IMG/VR virus record: IMGVR_UViG_3300020045_007806
Location: 1-44,265 of that record
DNA: 44,265 nucleotides
Origin: a virus
Lineage: Duplodnaviria > Caudoviricetes
Strand: one strand, 5' to 3'
Part shown: piece by piece, positions 28,539 to 37,864 of the stretch
Position numbering within the stretch: the stretch's first letter is position 1
Layout of the letters: each line of letters begins with the position of its first letter
Position numbers and translations under genes: made by a program
The notes under the pieces: model-generated
Seen by the model: the letters and a program-made list of their open reading frames with translations, nothing else
Databases searched by the model: none
Told to the model about the DNA's origin: nothing

Positions 28539-28750
28539 AGATCGTTAGGGTTATATCCATTTGATTTTAAAAAATCATCAATTAACTTATGTGCATCTTC
28601 CTCAAGAAGAACAGGAACTTGCCTTTCAACATAAGTTGTTGGAACAGAAGGTTCTTCAAATTTACCCATCTTTTTTAAAGAACCATCAAAAGGGCCTGTT
28701 TTTCCTTCTTGTTTAATTTCAGCTAAACCGAAATCAGAATCAATAGTCAT
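28535..28750 (-). CDS. Hypothetical protein
   Basis: Coupled to both neighbours. Confidence 0.65.
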   Translation of the reverse strand: MTIDSDFGLAEIKQEGKTGPFDGSLKKMGKFEEPSVPTTYVERQVPVLLEEDAHKLIDDFLKSNGYNPNDL

Positions 28751-29007
28751 TATACTTTACCAACCTTCTCAAAATATTCATCCATCGTTTTCTGCCAAGA
28801 AGCATTCAGTTCATCAAGAGTATCTGCTAACTCCCTTAAAAGAGGGGCAGGCCAACAACCTCTTATATTGGAAGATTCGGGCCACCAATCATAAAATCCA
28901 TCTTCTTTTGCTACAATATCCCCTAAATAAAAATAGTCTTTATTAAACACCTCATAACCGATTCCATTATGCCTTATGTTTAAAAGCTTAGTCCCAAGGC
29001 TTGTCAT
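28750..29007 (-). CDS. Hypothetical protein
   Basis: 'DGFYDWWP...GCW...LRELADTLDELN..W'; likely ATG at 29007. Confidence 0.65.
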   Translation of the reverse strand: MTSLGTKLLNIRHNGIGYEVFNKDYFYLGDIVAKEDGFYDWWPESSNIRGCWPAPLLRELADTLDELNASWQKTMDEYFEKVGKV

Positions 29008-29662
29008 CAGAAATAGCTTCCTTATCATTTGCAGGAATTGGCTTCTTTTCTTCAAACTCTTCTGCTTCGATTCCTAATGCAGCTTGAAGCTTACTTCCAT
29101 TGAAATTAAGATTTTTCTTAATCTTCTCTTGCATCCATTCAGGTAGCTTCCTAAATACTTCTAGATTAGGTTCATCCAGATCGAATACTTTTGGAAGATT
29201 CACAAGTTTAGGACACTTATCTGCATCCCTTGGACGCATAGCAGAGATACTCGCCACATTAACCCAAAGCTTCTCTCCTTGCTTATTATGCACAACAGAA
29301 ACATTAACGGGAGTTTCGATAAGCTTACTAAAATCCCCATTAAAATTGTTATTCGGATCAGCAGCCTTATATCGCTGTGTGCTCTTAGCCTTATCAGCCT
29401 TTAGATTAAAAAGGGGGATAATTTCACTCAACCAACGTGGCTTAGTAACATCTTCTTTGCCATCCTTATCAACCATGAATGTATCCACAAGTTCATAAGT
29501 GAGGCCAATCTCATTGGCTGGGGGTTTATCTTGCCCCAGATAAGGACGCTGTGGCTGCAAACCAAAGTCGATGATCTGAACAATCCTAGAAGGATATACA
29601 CCGGGATCGACTACTTGCTGATCTACACCACCACCCTTAATCTTATTACTATTCAATGCCAT
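28988..29662 (-). CDS. Putative single-stranded DNA-binding protein
   Basis: Lies between polymerase and exonuclease; acidic tail ending 'DDKPWD'; strong SD. Confidence 0.65.
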   Translation of the reverse strand: MALNSNKIKGGGVDQQVVDPGVYPSRIVQIIDFGLQPQRPYLGQDKPPANEIGLTYELVDTFMVDKDGKEDVTKPRWLSEIIPLFNLKADKAKSTQRYKAADPNNNFNGDFSKLIETPVNVSVVHNKQGEKLWVNVASISAMRPRDADKCPKLVNLPKVFDLDEPNLEVFRKLPEWMQEKIKKNLNFNGSKLQAALGIEAEEFEEKKPIPANDKEAISDDKPWD

Positions 29663-29675
29663 TACTTAGCTCCTC

Positions 29676-29759
29676 TTAATTAAAAAAGAAAAATATCAAT
29701 AATACAAAACTCGTAATAGTAAATCCCGCACAAAAAGCTAAAAAATACTCTATTAGCAT
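29676..29759 (-). CDS. Small membrane peptide (27 aa)
   Basis: MLIEYFLAFCAGFTITSFVLLIFFFFN with an AAGGA SD; fills the intergenic gap. Confidence 0.5.
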   Translation of the reverse strand: MLIEYFLAFCAGFTITSFVLLIFFFFN

Positions 29760-29771
29760 TATTCGGATTCC

Positions 29772-29936
29772 TTAATTAAAATTAAACTGCAATTGTGTAT
29801 CGAGTTGCTTCCGTTTCATGCTGATCTTCTCAGCAATCTTTGCTTCTTTCTCTTCTAGCTTATCCATTTGATTCCGTAGTTTTACACTTTCTGATTGTAA
29901 CTCATCGATCTCCTCCTCTAGTTTAATGGATGGCAT
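29772..29936 (-). CDS. Small coiled-coil protein (54 aa)
   Basis: MPSIKLEEEIDELQ...QLQFNFN; overlaps the polymerase stop. Confidence 0.55.
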   Translation of the reverse strand: MPSIKLEEEIDELQSESVKLRNQMDKLEEKEAKIAEKISMKRKQLDTQLQFNFN

Positions 29937-31821
29937 ACCAGTCTTTACCAATCTTTGCTTGTCCAACATGCGGACAAGGGATTTTAAAGAACTCCCCTGC
30001 CCAAGCGATACTGAATTCAGACAATTGTGCAACTCTAGGAGAGATGGACTCTCTACATTCGATGGTGAATTCATCATGATACCAACAGACTGTTCCGTAA
30101 TCTTCTCCATAAATATATCCTTCTTTTTCAAGCAGTTGATGAACCTTACAATAAGCAACTTGCATCATGACAGCTTCGTCTGATTGCAAGAGATATACTA
30201 AAATCTGATGTTCATATGGAACATATATTGGCCTACCATCAAGCCCTTCTATCCATCCATCGTAGTATTCCACCCTATTCCATTTAGAATTATACCTCTT
30301 TTTAGCATGAGATTTCCACTCTAATGTAATTTTTTCTACTAATTCCCCTAATCCATCGAGTCCCCTATAGAGCTTATCCCGAAGCTCTGCTCCAGAACCG
30401 ACAGGCTTTTTAGCAGTCTTAGCAAGTTTTGCATCTCCTCCTCCGAAGAGCAAACAATACATAACGTTCTTTGCAATGTCTCTCGATTCAAGAGCTCCGA
30501 TTTTAGCTGTAAGGCTGTGGTTATCAGTTCCAAGTTTCTTATCTCCATTGCAAATAGCTTCTATATATTCTTGACTCCCCATTCTACCAGCAAGCATTCT
30601 TAACTGACAAGCATCAGAGTCTGTACCTACTAATACAAATCCTTCTTTGCTAGTAAATATCTTTCGCATCTGTTTGCCATAGAAGCTTGTAGCTTTAGGA
30701 ATATTTACGATTCCTCTATGAGTTGCCCTAGCTGTTGTAGCGAGGTTGTTAATGATTGATGCAATTCTCCCATCAGGCCGTATAAGATTAAGTAGCCCTT
30801 CGACGATTGATTTACGCTGTCTGCATTGTACCCTTTTGGCAACGAGGCGACCAACTCCTCCATTAATGCCCTCAAATGGGTCATCCTTGCTAAGCTTGGG
30901 ACTGGTACGTTCTCCCGCATCATTTGTATTCCATTCTAAAGGTTCCCATCCTTCTTTAATAAGAAATTCTTTTGTTTCTTCATTTGAATTTAAATCAACT
31001 TTTCTAATATTGATTCTGCTAAAACAACCACCAACCAAATGAGACCCAAGACTAAAGCCGTTTTGAACAAACCAACTACTAACGCTTTCTGAATACTCGC
31101 CACTTTTGAGAAAAGGCTTTTTGACATAATTATATTCTCCTTTTACTTTCGTTTCAAGAACATCTACCACCATCGGTAAATGCTTATCTAGTGCTCGATC
31201 TATTCTTGCTATCCAATGATCGAGCTGATGAATGCATTTCTGCATGTGCTCTTTATCAACTAACCAACCATACTGCTCTTGCTTCTGAAGATATTCAAAC
31301 AACTTAAATGAAAGTTTAAAAGCATTCTTCCAATTTTTTCCGGTATATTCCTTCTCAAGTGCTTGAAAGATAAGATGTTGTATCTCTACATCCTCTGTAC
31401 AACGATGCAGCATTTCTGGGGAATATTTCTCCCAATCCTTATGCTCTGGCTTCCCCCTTCCTACTCTCCATCCCCATGCTTCAACGCTATGAGGCCCCAC
31501 ATTTCTATTAGGGCAATTGAGAGGAACATTGCGTTTTGGATTGAGAAGGCGAGACATTGTGAGAGTATCAATTCGTTGCCCTTTGTACTTGTATCCATAG
31601 AGTTTCTCCAGTAAAGGCCAATCATATCCGATTCCATTATGCATTATTAATACATCTACAGTATTTAAGAAGTCAAGAAGCTGCTTGATATAATCAGCCC
31701 CCTCCCAAGGCCAGAATTTATAGATTCTTCCAGTTGTAATATCCTTAAATACCGCACAATGAAGTTTAGTAGCTGTATCTAATAGGCCATTTGCTTCAAT
31801 ATCCCCGATACAAATTTTCAT
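29923..31821 (-). CDS. DNA polymerase, family A, with 3'-5' exonuclease
   Basis: Exo 'DIEANGL', 'HNGIGYD', 'CTEDV'; motif A 'DSDACQLR', motif B 'RDIAKNVMYCLLFG', motif C 'HDE'. Confidence 0.95.
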   Translation of the reverse strand: MKICIGDIEANGLLDTATKLHCAVFKDITTGRIYKFWPWEGADYIKQLLDFLNTVDVLIMHNGIGYDWPLLEKLYGYKYKGQRIDTLTMSRLLNPKRNVPLNCPNRNVGPHSVEAWGWRVGRGKPEHKDWEKYSPEMLHRCTEDVEIQHLIFQALEKEYTGKNWKNAFKLSFKLFEYLQKQEQYGWLVDKEHMQKCIHQLDHWIARIDRALDKHLPMVVDVLETKVKGEYNYVKKPFLKSGEYSESVSSWFVQNGFSLGSHLVGGCFSRINIRKVDLNSNEETKEFLIKEGWEPLEWNTNDAGERTSPKLSKDDPFEGINGGVGRLVAKRVQCRQRKSIVEGLLNLIRPDGRIASIINNLATTARATHRGIVNIPKATSFYGKQMRKIFTSKEGFVLVGTDSDACQLRMLAGRMGSQEYIEAICNGDKKLGTDNHSLTAKIGALESRDIAKNVMYCLLFGGGDAKLAKTAKKPVGSGAELRDKLYRGLDGLGELVEKITLEWKSHAKKRYNSKWNRVEYYDGWIEGLDGRPIYVPYEHQILVYLLQSDEAVMMQVAYCKVHQLLEKEGYIYGEDYGTVCWYHDEFTIECRESISPRVAQLSEFSIAWAGEFFKIPCPHVGQAKIGKDWYAIH

Positions 31822-32293
31822 TTAGATTTTGAGCTTTCTTTTTAAATCTTTTTACAATTCGAGTAATAGAGGTATAAGAGTTATTAGTTATTTGAGAGAC
31901 TTCCTTTTTAGAGAATCCTTCTTTAAAATAAAGAATTAAAATCTCCTTGTCTCCCTCTTCTTCATTCTCTACATGTTGAAAAACATCTTTAACTTTTTCC
32001 ATTCGTGAAAGAGACTCAAGAGAAAATCCGGGGGATTCTTCATCTAATTCCTCCATATCTGGATGATGGTATTTTTCTATCTTCCAATTTTTATAGGAAT
32101 TCCAGAGAATTCTATTGAACCAATTTTTTAAAGAACCATTCTTATCGAAACTCCCTTTATATTTCAATGCCCTAGTAAAAGCTTCTTGCACAATATCTTC
32201 TGCATCTTCTTTTATCCCAAAGCATTTGAACATCAGGCTTTTTACAAGCTTGTTATAATTAATCCGATAATATACCTCAATTATTTTATCCAT
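31796..32293 (-). CDS. ECF-like sigma-70 factor
   Basis: Region 2 'DAEDIVQEAFTRA...F...SLKNWFNRILWN'; region 4 HTH 'LYFKEGFSKKEVS'. Confidence 0.88.
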   Translation of the reverse strand: MDKIIEVYYRINYNKLVKSLMFKCFGIKEDAEDIVQEAFTRALKYKGSFDKNGSLKNWFNRILWNSYKNWKIEKYHHPDMEELDEESPGFSLESLSRMEKVKDVFQHVENEEEGDKEILILYFKEGFSKKEVSQITNNSYTSITRIVKRFKKKAQNLNENLYRGY

Positions 32294-32535
32294 TAAGGAT
32301 ATCTCCCTTCATTTACGACTCTAGAAACTCTTTTGAGCAAAAGTAAAGAATTGATTTCTTCTTTTACAGCGAAAAGGGCTTCTTCATAAGAGGGGAAATG
32401 GGTTTCATAACTTATGGTACAATCATATCCACAAAAAGAGTTTTTCAAAGTTTTCCAGAATATGAAAGATTTATATTGAGCAATATAATAGCCCTCTTTT
32501 GTAGAGTTGGGCATCCAAATGATTCTGTATTTCAT
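32293..32535 (-). CDS. Hypothetical protein
   Basis: 80 aa, coupled to the sigma gene. Confidence 0.65.
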   Translation of the reverse strand: MKYRIIWMPNSTKEGYYIAQYKSFIFWKTLKNSFCGYDCTISYETHFPSYEEALFAVKEEINSLLLLKRVSRVVNEGRYP

Positions 32536-32537
32536 CC

Positions 32538-34202
32538 TTATTCTCCAATCTCATTAAATAATCCTGTTACAGAATCCCAATATAAAGGGAATCTCCCAGT
32601 TTCCCCATATTCCCGATCTTCAAGCAAGACTAAAGTTCGGATGTTCTTTTGTTCTTTTGGGAGATTGGGGTCTCGATTCCCTTCAATACCAAGCATAAGA
32701 TTACAAGATCGAGCCATTGCCCTGCTACCAGCGAATTGAGAAGAGAGAACTTCTCCTCCTCGTTCATGGGGAGGACCAGCATCAGGGTTTCTGAGATGGC
32801 AGAATATAAAGATAACCACATGAAGATCAAGGGCCATCGAGGAGAGTTCTTGGGCAATTTCTTGTAGTTTTGTATTAGCATCTGCTGAATTCACTCCATT
32901 AATAAGATTTGTAATTGGATCAATAAAAATTGCTTTACATCCTTCTTGAGCTGCTTCTCTGATATCTGCTTTTAATGTTTCCCATCCTACATGCTGATAG
33001 AGATTTAAGAGAAGAAGCTTTCCTTCCATCTCTTTAATAGCCTCAAGATATGCCAGCTCATCGAAAGCAACATCAGGATCATGAAATATCCTACCAGCAA
33101 GTTTCCCCGCAACCATTTTAACAGTCTTGACATTTGCCTCCTCTGGCTTTGCTAAAAGAACCCTCCAATTTAACCCCCTAATAAAATGAGCAGCTAAAGT
33201 ATTAACAACTTCACTCTTTCCCTGCTTTTGACCAGCTCCGATGTAAATAGTTTCACCTAAACGAATGCCTCGGGTAACTTTATTCAAATGTTTCCAAGGC
33301 CAAGGGAACCCATGTTCGGGAGCTTTCTTAGCAGCTTCAAAGAGTTCATCAGCGAGGATAAGCCTTGTATTCTTAGGCTTCTTCGCATTAAACACACAAG
33401 CATTAAAACAAGCCTTACTTCTTCCTTCGGCTAAACATTGCCCAGCATCCTTAGCTGGTAGTGCAGCTACGATAGCTTCAGGAAAGGCTACCATTACCTG
33501 CTCTACGGCTAATTGTCCCGGCTCGTCCATATCAAAAACTAATACCACTTCTTTGAAATACTGACGAATCTCTTTAGCAAACTTGCTGACCGACCTTACT
33601 GCTGAACTGCTCCCATTAATTAAGCTTACTACAGCAGGCTTAATCTCCTTGTATTCGGCTTTCGTGCCCTCGTCAATGATCTGGTATAAAGCCATGGCAT
33701 CAATCTCACCTTCAGTGATATAGAGGCGTTTGCTGCCAGTTTGTATAGCCTTTTCCCACCCAAAGAAGTCTGCATCCTTTACATTGCCAATACCCCAGAA
33801 CTTCTTTGTTTCAATCAACCTACATTTATATCCAGTTAATTCAGCCCCCCTTTTATAAGGGTAATAGTGGGCAACAGGGGTTTCCCCATCTTGTTCTGAA
33901 ACAGACACTCTTACACCGAAATACTCTAATGTTGATTGCTTGAGCTTCCTATCTTTAAGCTCAAAGGATTTGAATTGATTTATTGCCCTAAGTTCTTGTT
34001 GAATTTCTTCTGGGGTCTTTTTAAATCCTACCGGAGGGAGATACCCTTTAGGTTTATCTTCATAAGGATTAGGCACATAAGTCTTACATGCGAAACAAAA
34101 GCCACTGTATGTTCCGTCATCATTAGAGAAGATATTTAATCCTTTACGAGAATGGCATGTATCTGTTTCGTGTGCCATTCGATCTACTACACTTCCTGAC
34201 AT
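32538..34202 (-). CDS. Primase-helicase (T7 gp4-like)
   Basis: Zn-finger 'GFCFAC', TOPRIM 'ITEGEIDAMA' and 'FDMDEPG', Walker A 'GAGQKQGKS', 'FIDPI', 'CHLR', 'FAGSRA'. Confidence 0.95.
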   Translation of the reverse strand: MSGSVVDRMAHETDTCHSRKGLNIFSNDDGTYSGFCFACKTYVPNPYEDKPKGYLPPVGFKKTPEEIQQELRAINQFKSFELKDRKLKQSTLEYFGVRVSVSEQDGETPVAHYYPYKRGAELTGYKCRLIETKKFWGIGNVKDADFFGWEKAIQTGSKRLYITEGEIDAMALYQIIDEGTKAEYKEIKPAVVSLINGSSSAVRSVSKFAKEIRQYFKEVVLVFDMDEPGQLAVEQVMVAFPEAIVAALPAKDAGQCLAEGRSKACFNACVFNAKKPKNTRLILADELFEAAKKAPEHGFPWPWKHLNKVTRGIRLGETIYIGAGQKQGKSEVVNTLAAHFIRGLNWRVLLAKPEEANVKTVKMVAGKLAGRIFHDPDVAFDELAYLEAIKEMEGKLLLLNLYQHVGWETLKADIREAAQEGCKAIFIDPITNLINGVNSADANTKLQEIAQELSSMALDLHVVIFIFCHLRNPDAGPPHERGGEVLSSQFAGSRAMARSCNLMLGIEGNRDPNLPKEQKNIRTLVLLEDREYGETGRFPLYWDSVTGLFNEIGE

Positions 34203-34232
34203 ATTTCTCCTTTTCCTCTAATACGTACTAAT

Positions 34233-34427
34233 TCACCTTCTACTATTTGTATATTTATCTAACCATGCTTGTTGGTTAGCATTTTTTCTTCGCTGAAGAT
34301 CAACGATATCATTTGTTCTGCGTTCATCACGCAAATCCCGTATACGGGCATCTTCTATCTCTTGGAGTAAACGGGTTTGCCTATTAATGGCATCCAGAAG
34401 TTCTTTACTCTTATCGCATTCACACAT
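34233..34427 (-). CDS. Hypothetical protein
   Basis: AAGGAG SD; 64 aa. Confidence 0.7.
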   Translation of the reverse strand: MCECDKSKELLDAINRQTRLLQEIEDARIRDLRDERRTNDIVDLQRRKNANQQAWLDKYTNSRR

Positions 34428-34439
34428 TATATATCTCCT

Positions 34440-34637
34440 TTATTCCAATTTATCCATAACTGCTGCCCAGCCATGTCGTTTTGTAAGATCAACTTTACAT
34501 AACTCATACATACGGACAAGTGTGGCTGTATCTATTAATAGCGTAGCACCGTCTTTATCCGTAAAAGATGAAAAGTCGATTCCGGGGGAAGCCCCTTGGT
34601 AATTTTCAAAGAATATACCAAATTTAGTTATTTTCAT
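34440..34637 (-). CDS. Hypothetical protein
   Basis: GAGGA SD; 65 aa. Confidence 0.7.
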   Translation of the reverse strand: MKITKFGIFFENYQGASPGIDFSSFTDKDGATLLIDTATLVRMYELCKVDLTKRHGWAAVMDKLE

Positions 34638-34648
34638 TCATATCCTCA

Positions 34649-35185
34649 TCACTTAAAATATTCATTTACTTTCTCAAAATCAATTGGGGTATAGTTAATT
34701 TGCTCACAGGATACATTCATATATCTCTTATCAGGAGAGATAGGATCGTCCAGCCAGTTTCTTAACATAACACTATTTGCATGCGTATGCCCATGGACTT
34801 GCCCCCTCCATCGGTCTAAGCAATCAGGATGGATAGGGATATGTGCTAGGAATATATTATTCAGTTGGTGATATGCTCTTACATCTTTAAATATTTGAGT
34901 ATATTGAGAAAGTTTATGAACATCATGATTACCCTTTATAAGAACTTTTGTCCCATTCAAACTTTGTAAAACCATTATAATGTATGTAGCATTTTTAAAT
35001 CCCACATCCCCAAGATGATATACTTTATCACAAGGCTGAACAACCTTATTCCAATTCTCAATTAAAGCTTGGTCATGATCTAGTATGTTCCTCCAAGGAC
35101 GGAGGAAAGTCCCATCTTTTCTTGTAAATTTAACTATATTGGAATGCCCAAAATGGGTATCCCCGATTAGAAATGTTTTAGCCAT
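34649..35185 (-). CDS. Calcineurin-like metallophosphoesterase
   Basis: 'GDTHFGH', 'HLGDV', 'GNHD', 'HGHTH'. Confidence 0.92.
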   Translation of the reverse strand: MAKTFLIGDTHFGHSNIVKFTRKDGTFLRPWRNILDHDQALIENWNKVVQPCDKVYHLGDVGFKNATYIIMVLQSLNGTKVLIKGNHDVHKLSQYTQIFKDVRAYHQLNNIFLAHIPIHPDCLDRWRGQVHGHTHANSVMLRNWLDDPISPDKRYMNVSCEQINYTPIDFEKVNEYFK

Positions 35186-35186
35186 A

Positions 35187-35561
35187 TTAGCAATCTACAA
35201 CACAACTGCCTTTCCATCGATTATAATATTCTTGAAGTGCCCCATCATGGTCCACCCCCTTGCAATGACTCAACTCATGTTCTGAAGCCCCTCCAAAGAT
35301 TGTATAGATATCACAAGTATTCTCTGGGAGATTTGCTACAGTACATTGATAGACAACACTCCCTAAAGCTTTCCTATACCAAGGGAGGAATCCCCAGCAT
35401 TTCTCCTGTACTTTCCAGAATCCAGCATTCTCATGTACAGTAATTTTCATATCTTGAGGCCACCCTTCCACTTGTTTTTCAGCTACAGTATAGAGAGGAT
35501 TAGAGGCACATCCAGAGAGTAAGACTAGAGATAGTAGAAATAGTTTCATTTTATTCTTCAA
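35187..35561 (-). CDS. Putative lipoprotein with HExxH
   Basis: Lipobox 'LLSGC'; 'EHELSHCKG'. Confidence 0.75.
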   Translation of the reverse strand: MKNKMKLFLLSLVLLSGCASNPLYTVAEKQVEGWPQDMKITVHENAGFWKVQEKCWGFLPWYRKALGSVVYQCTVANLPENTCDIYTIFGGASEHELSHCKGVDHDGALQEYYNRWKGSCVVDC

Positions 35562-35745
35562 TTTTCATTAAGTTTTCTTTCTTTATCCATGCTTTTACAT
35601 ATTTTTCTGCGAATTTTTGTGACTGATCCAAATCAAAACCATAAGATCGATAATAATGCTCAATAATATATTTTAATGAGGGCTCATCACCATAACCTCT
35701 GCCCCTGCATAGTCTTGGATTAATTCTTGTAAATCTTTTATCCAT
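35551..35745 (-). CDS. Hypothetical protein
   Basis: Overlap-coupled with its neighbours. Confidence 0.6.
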   Translation of the reverse strand: MDKRFTRINPRLCRGRGYGDEPSLKYIIEHYYRSYGFDLDQSQKFAEKYVKAWIKKENLMKIEE

Positions 35746-36007
35746 TTTTAATCTTTACCCGTTCTGCTGCGGCTCCGGCAGAATAGCCCCACTTTGCATA
35801 GTCCCATAAATTTTTATGAGAAAGAGAAATTGGCTCTGCCCCGAATACTTCATGAAATCCCTTTTCAAGTTCCTCAAATACCTCTTGCCGGATAGCTTTG
35901 CGGTTAAGCTCCACAGCCTCAATAGCATAAGTTCGTAATCGCTCTGCCAATAGCTGCCCATATAAGGATGTTGGTATGATTTGAGTTGGCGGTAGTTTAA
36001 TTTCCAT
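35738..36007 (-). CDS. Hypothetical protein
   Basis: Likely start MEIKLPP at 36007, right after the upstream stop. Confidence 0.65.
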   Translation of the reverse strand: MEIKLPPTQIIPTSLYGQLLAERLRTYAIEAVELNRKAIRQEVFEELEKGFHEVFGAEPISLSHKNLWDYAKWGYSAGAAAERVKIKNG

Positions 36008-36008
36008 T

Positions 36009-36215
36009 TTAAAGTTCCATTGAACGTATAGCATGGGCCATACGAGCCTTGAATGTTGGATCAACGTCTTGCCCTTCAATGATTTGAGCAGCTCGCTCTC
36101 TTGTTTTTTCTTTGGCAATCATTACTGCATCGATAGCACAATCTCTACAAGCACGAATTACCCATGCTGGCTGTGTAAGGAGAGAGCCAGGAATCACAGG
36201 AAGATTTATTTCCAT
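36009..36215 (-). CDS. Hypothetical protein
   Basis: Likely start MEINLPV at 36215. Confidence 0.65.
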   Translation of the reverse strand: MEINLPVIPGSLLTQPAWVIRACRDCAIDAVMIAKEKTRERAAQIIEGQDVDPTFKARMAHAIRSMEL

Positions 36216-36216
36216 A

Positions 36217-37296
36217 TTACATCCCAATCTTCAAATAAGGAATCTCAATCAACCTACAATGAGCTTCTTCAATATCCTTTACTAAATCAGGATAATTGAA
36301 TTTAGAAAAATGCTCCCCAAAGATATATTGAGCAACTTCAACAGACCCTCTTTTTATTCCTTCTGAAATTTCTTTTAAAGAAAGCTCTTTACTCTTATCT
36401 CGTAAAGAAATAAGAACATCAAGCCAAGGGAATAACACTTCTTCATCTAGAGTACCCCGCATAGAGCGGAATTCAATACTACCATAATTTGCAATTGAAG
36501 CAAGATTAATTGCAGTATATTTAGAGAGACCCTCATTAAAAGGTTTTATAGGAGGGGCAGTAATGAAGCTCTTTAATTGAAAAAATTTATCTTCAGCATC
36601 TTTCGTTCTAAGGCAGAAACGATTCCCTGTTCTTTCTTCCCCTGAATAATTAACAAGAGCATCTTCTAGGATATGAGAAAGATAGAGAAAGGAAACTAAT
36701 TCTTCTTTTGTCAACTCTAAAATATTAACATGCACATGAATAGAAGTCCTAAAAGAGAAAGAGATAATTGCTTTATTTTTTCGTAATTCTTCTTTTAAGG
36801 AATGGATTACTTCTTTACTCTCTTGTAGGGAAAGGGGATGATGGAGTATAAATTCAACTCCCCCTCTTAAAGACCCATCATTTTTAGCTAACCAAAAAGG
36901 ATTCTTTACTAAAAGATTCTCTCCTTCAATTTCCACTTCAACCCCTAAATCCCCCTTCTTATTAAAACCTAGAAATTGTCGAATAGTAGGGGGATTTTGA
37001 GGAGCTGCTTCTTGTTTCTTTTCAAGGGCTTTTCTTTTTTCCTTTTTAGGGACTTCTTCACCAAAAAGTCCCATAAGCTTTATAGGATGAAAGAGAGGAT
37101 CAGGAAATTTCTCTGCCATATCATCAACTGCCTGCATGAATTCCCCAAGGAGTTCCTTAGGAGGAGGGGGGTTTTCTAATCCAAAACCGTACATATGGAT
37201 GGGGAGCCCTTGAACCCTTGGGGCAGGAGGTATTACAGCACGCACATGTCTTTCTTCGAGAGGGATATGGAATTCTACTAGTTCAATCTCGGGCAT
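36217..37296 (-). CDS. Putative amidoligase (GS-fold COOH-NH2 ligase)
   Basis: 'GVEVEIE', 'DGSLRGGVEF', 'SIHVHVN', 'Y.AINL', 'GSIEFR'. Confidence 0.85.
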   Translation of the reverse strand: MPEIELVEFHIPLEERHVRAVIPPAPRVQGLPIHMYGFGLENPPPPKELLGEFMQAVDDMAEKFPDPLFHPIKLMGLFGEEVPKKEKRKALEKKQEAAPQNPPTIRQFLGFNKKGDLGVEVEIEGENLLVKNPFWLAKNDGSLRGGVEFILHHPLSLQESKEVIHSLKEELRKNKAIISFSFRTSIHVHVNILELTKEELVSFLYLSHILEDALVNYSGEERTGNRFCLRTKDAEDKFFQLKSFITAPPIKPFNEGLSKYTAINLASIANYGSIEFRSMRGTLDEEVLFPWLDVLISLRDKSKELSLKEISEGIKRGSVEVAQYIFGEHFSKFNYPDLVKDIEEAHCRLIEIPYLKIGM

Positions 37297-37864
37297 TTAG
37301 AAGCTCCTTAAGATATTTCTTACTGCTAAGATAGATAGGGCGATTCGCATCAACATCATACATTCCCACCTTATCCTGTTTAAAATAAAGATTCATTTCT
37401 TTATCCAAAGCAAATTCTCTTGAGAATGCCATACTTACTACGTTTTCTTCTCTTTGAAGAACATCTATAGTTTTTTCAAGAGTTTCATACTCCCCTAAAA
37501 TACACGAAGCCAATCCTTTTGCTTTTAGCTTTGCGATTTCAGCCTTTGCAACTCCTTTATTGCTTTGACTAAAATCAGTTATCCTCAAAGTCTTTTCGCT
37601 TAGCCCTTGACACCATTGCCTTGCTGGAACCCTGCAAAGATAAAAAGCAGCACCTCCATGATTACACATGCCAAGTTTTACTGGAGTGAAATTTAGAAGA
37701 GGATCATTTAAGGGAACGGATTTGCCTTTCTCTCTTGAAAAGAATTTTAAGTCTAAGACCTTATCATAATTAATATCAGAGACATAAACCGGTTTATCTG
37801 CATAAAGGATAACCGATTTTGACAAGAGAATATTCAAATCATCATAGCTAATATCTTCATACAT
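37283..37864 (-). CDS. Hypothetical protein within the amidoligase cluster
   Basis: Likely ATG at 37864; 'LGMCN', 'RVPARQWCQGL', 'AFSREFA'. Confidence 0.75.
   Translation of the reverse strand: MYEDISYDDLNILLSKSVILYADKPVYVSDINYDKVLDLKFFSREKGKSVPLNDPLLNFTPVKLGMCNHGGAAFYLCRVPARQWCQGLSEKTLRITDFSQSNKGVAKAEIAKLKAKGLASCILGEYETLEKTIDVLQREENVVSMAFSREFALDKEMNLYFKQDKVGMYDVDANRPIYLSSKKYLKELLNARD

Noticed and set aside
29937-30158. N-terminal extension of the 29772-30158 ORF call
   Set aside because: Overlaps the conserved polymerase C-terminus; only the part from ATG 29936 is plausible.
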